From Eubacteriales bacterium (GTDB lineage Bacteria > Bacillota > Clostridia > Oscillospirales > CAG-272), in contig JAZOML010000003.1 of NCBI GenBank assembly GCA_045653945.1, forward strand, positions 7,270 through 71,269: DNA of 64,000 bases. Reading direction: 5' to 3'. The position numbers and the translations under genes are program-made. Positions 45,967-53,103 of the stretch are shown piece after piece. Numbering within the stretch: the first letter of the stretch is position 1; every line of letters begins with the position of its first letter. The notes below the pieces were generated by a model. The model worked only from the letters and a program-made list of their open reading frames with translations. It was not told where the DNA came from and ran no database searches.

Positions 45967-46476
45967 ATGGACTTTAAAATCAGCTACGGAGTTCTTAATA
46001 TGTATACGGGCGAGGGCGGTAATGTTACCGTCCCCGACGGCGTAACGAAAATAGAGGCAGGAGCGTTTATCGGACACAAGACCTTGACGGGAGTTTACCT
46101 GCCCGATAGCGTTACGGAAATTGGCGGAAAAGCATTTGCGAGCTGCTCCGCGCTTGAGTTTGCCGAGCTTGGACAAGGAATAGAGTTTGTTGGCAAATGG
46201 GCATTTGCATACTGCTCATCACTCAAAAAGCTCTCCCTGCCCGAGGGCGTAAAACGAATCGGCTGGGGCGCGTTTTCAAGCTGCACGTCGCTTAAAAGCC
46301 TAACCCTGCCCTCTACACTCACCCAGATAGACTGGTGCATAATTGAATTTTGCAAGTCGCTAAAGGAAATCAATTACCGTGGTACTCGCGAGCAGTGGGA
46401 AGCCATCGAAAAGGACGAGGACTGGGATACAGATGCAAGCGAGTACACCATAAACTTTAACTTCAAGGGAAAATAA
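45967..46476 (+). CDS. single-module BspA-type LRR protein
   Basis: MDFKISYGVLNMYTGEGGNVTVPDGVTKIEAGAFIGHKTL... Cap YRGTREQWEAIEKDEDWDTDASEYTINFNFKGK. Starts 3 nt after the upstream stop. Confidence 0.8.
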   Translation: MDFKISYGVLNMYTGEGGNVTVPDGVTKIEAGAFIGHKTLTGVYLPDSVTEIGGKAFASCSALEFAELGQGIEFVGKWAFAYCSSLKKLSLPEGVKRIGWGAFSSCTSLKSLTLPSTLTQIDWCIIEFCKSLKEINYRGTREQWEAIEKDEDWDTDASEYTINFNFKGK

Positions 46477-46495
46477 CTTCAAAGGAGAATATACG

Positions 46496-48199
46496 ATGAC
46501 AAAGCCTGTTCCATACGAGGGAAACGAGCCGTTTATTTTCATAAGCTACTCACACAAGGATAGAGAAGAGGTATTCAAGGTTCTCTTTAACCTGCAAGAA
46601 AACGGATATCGTTTTTGGTACGACGAGGGCATTGACTCCGGCACTGAGTCGAACGAGGTTATAGCCACCACTATCGAAAAGTGCGACTATTTCATTGCGT
46701 TTATTTCCGCGAACTCACTTGTATCCAACACCTGCAGGCTCGAGCTTAACTTTGCACACAATTTGGATAAAAATATACTGATTATTTACCTTGATAACGC
46801 AACGCTGCCAATCGTTATGAGGATGCGATTCGGACGACTGCGGGCAATACATAAATATAAATATGAAAACGAGGATGACTTTTACAAAAGGCTTTATAAA
46901 TCCGATGGTATAAAAATTTTTAAAAACGTAACTCAACCCGACTGCAATCCCGATGATTTTGAAATAGTTGACGGCGAGCTTGTTAAATATGAAGGAAATA
47001 GTGCAAATATTTTTATCCCGGACAGTGTAACGAGCATAGGCGAGTGTGCTTTCCTTGATTGCGACTCACTTACAAGCATAACTATCCCGAGTAGTGTAAC
47101 TAGTATTGGCTATCGTGCGTTTGAGGATTGCACATCGCTTACAAACGTAACTATCCCCGATAGTGTAACGAGCATAGACTCTTATGCGTTTGAGGATTGC
47201 ACATCACTTACAAGCATAACTATCCCGGTTAGTGTAACGAGCATAGGCAATTATGCGTTCTCAGGTTGCACCTCACTTACAAGCATAACTATCCCGGGTA
47301 GTGTAACGAGCATAGGATTTTCTGCGTTCTCGCGTTGCTCCTCGCTTACAAGCATAACTATTCCCGATAGTGTAACTAGGATTTGCTATCATGTGTTCAA
47401 GGATTGCACATCACTTACAAGCATAAAAGTTGATGAAAACAACACTGTCTATAAATCCGAAAACGGAGTTTTGTATACCAAAGACGGCAAAGCTTTAATT
47501 TATTATCCTGTCGGTAAAACCGACACAAGCTTTGTTATTCCCGATAATGTAGAGAGCATTGGCTATTCTGCGTTCTTTGGTTGCGACTCACTTACAAGAG
47601 TAACTATTCCCGATAGTGTAGAGAGCATAGGCTCTTTTGCGTTTGAGGATTGCACATCGCTTACAAGCATAAACGTTGATGCAAACAACACTGTCTATAA
47701 ATCCGAAAACGGCGTTTTGTATACCAAAGACGGCAAAGCTTTAATTTATTATCCTGTCGGTAAAACCGACACAAGCTTTATTATTCCCGACAGTGTAGAG
47801 AGCATTGGCTATTCTACGTTCAAGGATTGTGAATCACTTACAAGCATAAACGTTGATGTAAATAACACCGTCTATAAATCCGAAAACGGAGTTTTGTACA
47901 CCAAAGACGGTAAAACTTTAATCCAATTTCCCGCCGGTAAAACCGACACAAGCTTTGTTATTCCAAACGGCATAACCGGTATTGAGGATTTTGCCTTCAG
48001 TGATAGTGCACTTGAAAGCATAACTATTCCAAGCAGCGTAAACAGTATTGGCGAAACGGCGTTCGATACTTGCTTTTTCCTTAATACTATTAATTTTTGC
48101 GGCACACGTAAACAGTGGAACGCCATTGAAAAGGGCGAGGAATGGGACTACACCATCTCCGCTAACTACAAAATAAACTTCAACTACAAGGGAAAATAA
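46496..48199 (+). CDS. TIR-domain / BspA-type LRR protein with highly repetitive LRR region
   Basis: PYEGNEPFIFISYSHKD...GYRFWYDEG...YFIAFISANSLVSNTCRLELNFA. Then 23-aa repeats SLTSITIPxSVTSIGxxAFxxCT, three YKSENGVLYTKDGK units, and cap CGTRKQWNAIEKGEEW...NFNYKGK. Confidence 0.8.
   Translation: MTKPVPYEGNEPFIFISYSHKDREEVFKVLFNLQENGYRFWYDEGIDSGTESNEVIATTIEKCDYFIAFISANSLVSNTCRLELNFAHNLDKNILIIYLDNATLPIVMRMRFGRLRAIHKYKYENEDDFYKRLYKSDGIKIFKNVTQPDCNPDDFEIVDGELVKYEGNSANIFIPDSVTSIGECAFLDCDSLTSITIPSSVTSIGYRAFEDCTSLTNVTIPDSVTSIDSYAFEDCTSLTSITIPVSVTSIGNYAFSGCTSLTSITIPGSVTSIGFSAFSRCSSLTSITIPDSVTRICYHVFKDCTSLTSIKVDENNTVYKSENGVLYTKDGKALIYYPVGKTDTSFVIPDNVESIGYSAFFGCDSLTRVTIPDSVESIGSFAFEDCTSLTSINVDANNTVYKSENGVLYTKDGKALIYYPVGKTDTSFIIPDSVESIGYSTFKDCESLTSINVDVNNTVYKSENGVLYTKDGKTLIQFPAGKTDTSFVIPNGITGIEDFAFSDSALESITIPSSVNSIGETAFDTCFFLNTINFCGTRKQWNAIEKGEEWDYTISANYKINFNYKGK
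47066..47410 (+). repeat. five tandem 69-bp (23-codon) repeats inside the TIR-LRR gene
   Basis: Units start at 47066, 47135, 47204, 47273 and 47342. Each reads tc(a/g)cttacaa(g/a)c(a/g)taactat(c/t)cc....gtgtaac.ag.at.... Confidence 0.85.
47429..47975 (+). repeat. three near-identical ~120-130-bp repeats inside the TIR-LRR gene
   Basis: gttgatg.aaa.aacac.gtctataaatccgaaaacgg.gttttgta.accaaagacgg.aaa.ctttaat... begins at 47429, 47675 and 47852. Confidence 0.85.
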
Positions 48200-48218
48200 C
48201 TTCAAAGGAGAAAAGGCT

Positions 48219-50312
48219 ATGGCAATTTTACGTCCGTACAAGGGCGATAAGCCGTTCATTTTCATAAGCTATGCACATAAGGACAAGGGCAGTGTGCATA
48301 AAATTATCAAAAATATGCTTGATTGCGGTTACCGAGTTTGGTACGACGAGGGCATTGACCCCGGCACCGAGTGGGACGACACCATTGCCGAGCACGTCGA
48401 AAACTGTGGCTATTTTATTGCGTTCATTTCAAAAAATTATCTTGCCTCGGACAACTGTATGGACGAGCTTGACTACGCACGCGACTCAAACAGAAAGCGA
48501 CTGCTCGTTTATCTTGAAAACGTATCCCTGCCGGGCGGTATGAAAATGCGACTCAACCGCCTTCAGGCTATACATAAGTACAAATATGAAAGCGAGGACG
48601 ACTTTTTCGAGAAGCTTTATACGGCTGACCAAATCGGGAATTTCAAGGAAGAAGTAGATTTGCCGCCTATAAAAGAAAAGCCCACCGCAAAAGTCAAATC
48701 AGCGACAAAGAAAACGCCTTCGCCCAAAAAAGCCGAGCAAAAGGAAATAGTTATCACCTATCCCAAGGTTAACATAGCACCGCCTGTCATAACACCCACA
48801 GAGGATTTTGACTGGGAGCTTCTTTTCCCGACAAGCAAGGAAAAGACCACTTTCGCTTTCTCGGACTACAAAAAACCACCCACCAGCCTTCTTAAGCAGG
48901 ACGATTTTATGCCCGACGCACCGCTTGACGAAATACATAAAATAATAAGTGTCCTGCAAGAGTCCTTTGAAGCATTTAAAATTAAAATAAAGGACGTAAG
49001 CTGCACCGTTGCCCCTTCCTTTTTACGCTTCGAGGTAACCCCCGAGGCGGGTGTTTCGCTCAAGAAAATACTAGATTTACAGTTTGATTTAAGCGCTGCG
49101 CTAGGCTTACACGGACTTGCCACAGGAAACGTTCGCATTGCCATAATACCCGGCAAACGTGCAGTAGGAATAGAGGTTCCGTTAAAATCCGCCGCTAACG
49201 TTCCGCTTCGCGGTCTTTTGGAAGACCCAAAATTTAAATCGGCAAATAGCCCCGTAACCGTTTGTCTTGGCAGAGATTCCGCGTGCGAGCCGGTATTTGC
49301 CGACATAAACGAAATGCCTCATCTTCTTATCGGCGGTCAAACAAGGTCGGGTAAATCTACTCTTATCAACTGTATGATAACCAGCCTTATTTATAAGTCC
49401 TCCCCCGACGACGTTCGCCTGCTGCTTATCGACCCGAAAATGGTAGAATACCGTATGTATAATCTTCTGCCGCACCTTATTATGCCTGTTGTTGACAACG
49501 CTCAAAGGGCGGTGTCGGCGCTTAAATGGGTAGTTGACGAAATGGACCGCCGCTATAAGCTGCTTGAAAAGGCTCAGGCAAGAAACCGCAAGGAATACTA
49601 CGAAATCGGAGATAACAACCCCGATTTTGAGCCAATGCCCCATTTGGTGGTAATAATAGACGAGCTTGCCGACCTTATGCTTCAAGCAAAGAATCCCATC
49701 GAGGAATATATTAACCGCATAGCCACCTTGGCAAGAGCGTGCGGGATTCACCTCATAATCTGCACTCAAAGACCGACGGTTGACGTTATTACGGGCGTTA
49801 TCAAAGCGAATATCCCCTCAAAAATCGCTTTCAAGGTAGCTTCGCACGTCGACTCAAGAACCGTTCTCGGCGTACCCGGAGCTGAAAATCTTATAGGGCA
49901 CGGCGATATGCTTTATATCGGCCCGACAGGAAACGAGATGAGAATTCAGGGCGCAAACGTTGACGTAAACGAAATTAAGAGCATCGTTAAATACGTTATA
50001 GAAAATAACGGCAGCGCAAAGTTCGATCCCGACGTATTTAAAGCCGTACAAAAATCGGAAACCGTTTCCCGCCTTGGCGGAGATGCCGACTTTGAGATGC
50101 TTTGCAGCGCAACAGAGCTTTTCCTTGAAATGGGTATAGCCAGTTTAAGCCTTATGCAAAGACACCTGCGCATCGGATTCAACAAAGCCGCAAACCTATT
50201 TGATAAGCTCGTAGAAATAGGCTTTATATCACAAAGAAACGGCTCAAAGCCTGCCACAGTGCTCATAACAAAAGAAAAGTATCTTGAATGGAAAAAAAGA
50301 TATACGGAATAA
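48219..50312 (+). CDS. TIR-domain fused to a complete soluble FtsK/SpoIIIE DNA-translocase motor (alpha, beta, gamma domains), no membrane anchor
   Basis: - aa 1-135 form a TIR domain: PYKGDKPFIFISYAHKD...GYRVWYDEG...YFIAFISKNYLASDNCMDELDYA, with E83 at 48465-48467.
- A Lys/Pro linker follows.
- Motor motifs: Walker A HLLIGGQTRSGKST (about 49335-49358), Walker B HLVVIIDELADL, ICTQRPTVDVITGVIKANIPSKIAFKVAS..DSRTVLG..GAENLIGHGDMLY.
- Gamma winged helix: SLMQRHLRIGFNKAANLFDKLVEIGFIS. Confidence 0.85.
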   Translation: MAILRPYKGDKPFIFISYAHKDKGSVHKIIKNMLDCGYRVWYDEGIDPGTEWDDTIAEHVENCGYFIAFISKNYLASDNCMDELDYARDSNRKRLLVYLENVSLPGGMKMRLNRLQAIHKYKYESEDDFFEKLYTADQIGNFKEEVDLPPIKEKPTAKVKSATKKTPSPKKAEQKEIVITYPKVNIAPPVITPTEDFDWELLFPTSKEKTTFAFSDYKKPPTSLLKQDDFMPDAPLDEIHKIISVLQESFEAFKIKIKDVSCTVAPSFLRFEVTPEAGVSLKKILDLQFDLSAALGLHGLATGNVRIAIIPGKRAVGIEVPLKSAANVPLRGLLEDPKFKSANSPVTVCLGRDSACEPVFADINEMPHLLIGGQTRSGKSTLINCMITSLIYKSSPDDVRLLLIDPKMVEYRMYNLLPHLIMPVVDNAQRAVSALKWVVDEMDRRYKLLEKAQARNRKEYYEIGDNNPDFEPMPHLVVIIDELADLMLQAKNPIEEYINRIATLARACGIHLIICTQRPTVDVITGVIKANIPSKIAFKVASHVDSRTVLGVPGAENLIGHGDMLYIGPTGNEMRIQGANVDVNEIKSIVKYVIENNGSAKFDPDVFKAVQKSETVSRLGGDADFEMLCSATELFLEMGIASLSLMQRHLRIGFNKAANLFDKLVEIGFISQRNGSKPATVLITKEKYLEWKKRYTE

Positions 50313-50314
50313 GT

Positions 50315-50346
50315 AAAAAAGACGGGCTAAAAACCCGTCTTTTTTA
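50315..50346. terminator. strong bidirectional terminator ending the TIR/LRR operon
   Basis: aaaaaagacgggc-taaaaa-cccgtctttttt. Confidence 0.75.
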
Positions 50347-50664
50347 TAGCAAATCCTTGCAAACCGTCAATTTAATAAGCAACCCCGTATCATCGTCCTG
50401 CGCTGACTTGTTGCGACGGATAGCTCCACATTTCTTACACCTCGACACAATAATATAACCCTTCTTGGGATCAGGTAGGCTCTGAACGGGAACAAGCAAC
50501 CCACCGCAATCAGAGGCTCTGTCGCCAGGATTTACGTCAACGTGAAGCGAGTGAAGACAAAAGGGACAGTGATTGCGAGAGGTGTAACCAAGCGGCGACA
50601 CATCGCTACCACAATTTGCACATATAAAGCCACTATCGTTTTTTTGAAATCGCTTATCTTCCAT
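50344..50664 (-). CDS. RNHCP-domain zinc-ribbon protein
   Basis: FICANCGSDVSPLGYTSRNHCPFCLHSLHVD...CGG...CKKCG. Confidence 0.75.
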   Translation of the reverse strand: MEDKRFQKNDSGFICANCGSDVSPLGYTSRNHCPFCLHSLHVDVNPGDRASDCGGLLVPVQSLPDPKKGYIIVSRCKKCGAIRRNKSAQDDDTGLLIKLTVCKDLL

Positions 50665-50796
50665 AAAGCTCTCCTTTTAATAGGTAAATTAACACTTTGG
50701 TAAAAAACCCATAATCTTGTATTTATATTTTTTTGGTATCCTTACTAGGAATTAGTATTTTGATATACGGAATATACATTTGAAAGGATAAATAAT

Positions 50797-51117
50797 ATGT
50801 TTACCAATAAGAAAAGAATTTTTTCTATCCTTATTTTCGCGCTTGTTCTTGCACTTCTCACTTGCGCTATGATTGGATGCGGCACAGGAGTTGAGCACGA
50901 CCACGACGGAGACGGCGTTGCCGACCACACCGATTCAGAGCACAAAACCCTTTGGGATAAATGGGTAGCTTGGTGCGCAACTACTACGGGACAAATCTGG
51001 GGCTTCAGCCTCTCGGGCGCCTTCCTTGTTGCAGCTATCGTTTTCATAGTCCTTTGGATTCCCAAAAAGACCGACAAAAAGGAAAAGAAGGCTGTTGCAA
51101 AAAGGAAAGACCAATAA
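50797..51117 (+). CDS. small lipoprotein/membrane protein with His/Asp-rich segment
   Basis: Signal peptide plus LLTCAMIGCG lipobox-like region, HDHDGDGVADHTDSEH, C-terminal TM helix and Lys-rich tail. Confidence 0.6.
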   Translation: MFTNKKRIFSILIFALVLALLTCAMIGCGTGVEHDHDGDGVADHTDSEHKTLWDKWVAWCATTTGQIWGFSLSGAFLVAAIVFIVLWIPKKTDKKEKKAVAKRKDQ

Positions 51118-51132
51118 TTAAATCTTCAACCC

Positions 51133-51165
51133 AAGCACACTGCATTTTTGCGGTGTGCTTTTTCT
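51133..51165 (+). terminator. rho-independent terminator
   Basis: aagcacac-tgcatttttgcg-gtgtgctt followed by ttt. Confidence 0.55.
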
Positions 51166-51175
51166 TTTTCCCCCC

Positions 51176-51416
51176 GCTTTCTGAAGAAAGCTTGGCAAAG
51201 ACTTCTCTTACCACGCATCCGTGATATATAGTTTAAATTTTGCACTGTATCAATTATTTGCCAGCGGGTGCTACCCGCCGCTACCTTGATATGTAGTTTA
51301 AATTTTGCACTTTATCAATTATTTGCCAGCGGGTGCTACCCGCCGCCACCGTGATATGTAGTTTAAATTTTACACCAAATGGATTGTATGCCATCGGGTG
51401 CTACCCGCTCGGTGCT
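51176..51416 (+). repeat. core hairpin plus three tandem 65-bp units of the mosaic repeat
   Basis: gctttctgaagaaagc (51176-51191), then ttggcaaagacttctcttaccacgc. The unit tgatat.tagtttaaatttt.cac...atcaattatttgccagcgggtgctacccgccgc.acc starts at 51222, 51287 and 51352. Each unit carries the mini-hairpin gcgggt-gct-acccgc. Confidence 0.85.
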
Positions 51417-51423
51417 ACCGACC

Positions 51424-52824
51424 TTACTTTCCCACACAAAAATTGTGGAAAATTGCATCGGTAATGTCGCCCGATACGGCTCTGCCGTCTACCTCGCCAA
51501 GATAGGCGAGCGCACTTTCAAGGTCAAGACCGCACACGTCGGCGCAAAAATGCGCTTCAAACGCTTCTATTGCTCGCGCAACGGCATTTTTTGCCATCGT
51601 AACCGCCGAAAACTGCCTTGCATTTGCAAGGACTGCCTCTCCGCTGTAATCTATCTCACGTTCGCAAAAAAACGCCTCAGCGATGTTTTTTATATCCTGC
51701 ACACCATCGCCACTCTTTGCGCTAACGTTAAGCGCCTTTGCCCTCTTATATTTCGCACAAAGTCCATAAATCAACTCATTAAGAGCGCCGCTATACACCT
51801 GCGTATCCGACTTGTTGAGCGCAAAAATGACGCATTTGCCGTTTTCAAGAAGCTCCCTTGCAAGTGAAATTACGGCATCGTCCTGCTCACTTATGGCGGA
51901 CGCAGTATCAAAAACCGCAATCACAAGCTCCGCCTCGCGCGCCTTTTGAAGCGCAAGTGAAATACCGATTTTCTCGACCTCGTCGGAGCTTTCGCGAATA
52001 CCCGCAGTGTCAAATAGCCGCAAAATTATGCGCCCTGCCGTGATTTTTTCTTCAATAACGTCGCGCGTAGTACCTGCAATATCGGTAACGATAGCTCGCT
52101 TTTCACCGAGAAGCGCATTGAGAAGCGAAGACTTTCCCGCATTGGGCTTACCTACAAGCGTAGCCTTTACGCCCTCACTTACTGCCTTTCCGTGTCTATA
52201 TGTGGACGCAAGAGCGTCAAGCTCGGAAAGAATTTCTCTCATTTTCGCACCAAACTGCTCGTCGCTGACCTCGGCAAGGTCCTCCTCTGGATAGTCGATT
52301 TTAACGTAAACCGAGGAAAGAAGATTAAGAATTTTTGCATAAATTTCATCGCAACACCTCTTTAAAACTCCGTCGGTATGCGATGCCGAAAGCTTTAATT
52401 TTTCCTCGTTTTCCGCATCAATGAGTCCAATTATTGCTTCAGCCTCGGAAAGCGAAATCTTGCCGTTCAAAAACGCTCTCTGCGAGAACTCGCCCGGTCC
52501 CGCCTGAACAGCGCCGTTATCAAACGCCGCTTTCAGCACTCTCTCACTGAGCAGTATTCCGCCGTGGCAGGAAATCTCAACAACGTCCTCGCCTGTAAAC
52601 GATTTGGGCGCACGAAAAACTGTGGCAATACCGTCATCTATACGTTTTCCCTCGCTTATAATTTCTCCGTATATCGCAGTACCGCCCGACACCTCTTTAA
52701 GGTTGCGTCCGCCCGCCGTTTTGAACATTTTTGTCGCTACGTCAAGTGCGTTTTCGCCCGATATTCTTATTACAGCTATCCCTCCCCGTCCAAATGGGGT
52801 GCTTATCGCCGCAATTGTACTCAT
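51424..52824 (-). CDS. mnmE: tRNA modification GTPase MnmE (TrmE)
   Basis: MSTIAAISTPFGRGGIAVIRISG...GKPNAGKSSLLNAL...DTAGIR...FCVGK C-terminus. ATG at 52824 lies 8 nt after AGGAGA. The track start at 52950 reads through repeats. Confidence 0.93.
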   Translation of the reverse strand: MSTIAAISTPFGRGGIAVIRISGENALDVATKMFKTAGGRNLKEVSGGTAIYGEIISEGKRIDDGIATVFRAPKSFTGEDVVEISCHGGILLSERVLKAAFDNGAVQAGPGEFSQRAFLNGKISLSEAEAIIGLIDAENEEKLKLSASHTDGVLKRCCDEIYAKILNLLSSVYVKIDYPEEDLAEVSDEQFGAKMREILSELDALASTYRHGKAVSEGVKATLVGKPNAGKSSLLNALLGEKRAIVTDIAGTTRDVIEEKITAGRIILRLFDTAGIRESSDEVEKIGISLALQKAREAELVIAVFDTASAISEQDDAVISLARELLENGKCVIFALNKSDTQVYSGALNELIYGLCAKYKRAKALNVSAKSGDGVQDIKNIAEAFFCEREIDYSGEAVLANARQFSAVTMAKNAVARAIEAFEAHFCADVCGLDLESALAYLGEVDGRAVSGDITDAIFHNFCVGK

Positions 52825-52872
52825 AGGTTTCATCTCCTGGTGTATTTTGAAAGTTTTAAGTTTTTTGTTTTT

Positions 52873-53051
52873 CCGGCTTTTCGAGAAAAGCCTCGGCACC
52901 GTTCTTTTCTTGAAAGAAAAGAAGGCAAAAGAACTTCTCTTACAACGCATCAGTGGTGTGTTGTGGAAGTTTTGAGCTTTGTTGTATACAGTTCTATTGA
53001 AAGGAGTTGAGAGTCTTTCAGAAGTTTTTGTCCACTTTTTTTAAAAAGTGG
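52873..53051 (+). repeat. mosaic repeat block with three core hairpins
   Basis: ccggcttttcgagaaaagcctcgg (52873-52896), ttcttttcttgaaagaaaagaa (52902-52923), then ggcaaaagaacttctcttacaacgc...gtggaagttttgagctttgttgtatacagttctattgaaaggagttgagagtctttcagaagtttttg, then ccactttttttaaaaagtgg (53032-53051). A copy of the roughly 130-nt internal segment lies at 56200-56345. Confidence 0.85.
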
Positions 53052-53069
53052 GGAAAGCGGGGGGAAACA

Positions 53070-53098
53070 TAAAACGGGCTGTTAAAATCAGCCCGTTT
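53070..53098 (-). terminator. hairpin terminator/attenuator after jag
   Basis: aaacgggctg-ttaaaat-cagcccgttt. Confidence 0.5.
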
Positions 53099-53103
53099 GT
53101 TTA

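Noticed and set aside
39615-48199. Interpreting the LRR proteins as secreted BspA-like adhesins or host-interaction surface proteins
   Set aside because: None of the eleven LRR proteins in the window has a signal peptide, lipobox, TM segment, LPXTG, S-layer or choline-binding anchor. Three carry N-terminal TIR domains, which argues for a cytoplasmic location. Non-classical export cannot be excluded from sequence alone.
29300-50700. Calling the TIR/LRR regions a mobile genomic island or prophage
   Set aside because: I found no integrase, transposase, phage structural or conjugation genes, no tRNA at the boundary, and no flanking direct repeats beyond the ubiquitous intergenic repeats. The block also carries core genes (rsmG, parAB, serS).
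51222-51416. Possible CRISPR array (regularly spaced 65-bp periodicity with small hairpins)
   Set aside because: The whole 65-bp unit is repeated, so there are no unique spacers between short repeats. There are only three units, the sequence belongs to the window-wide mosaic repeat family, and no cas genes are present.
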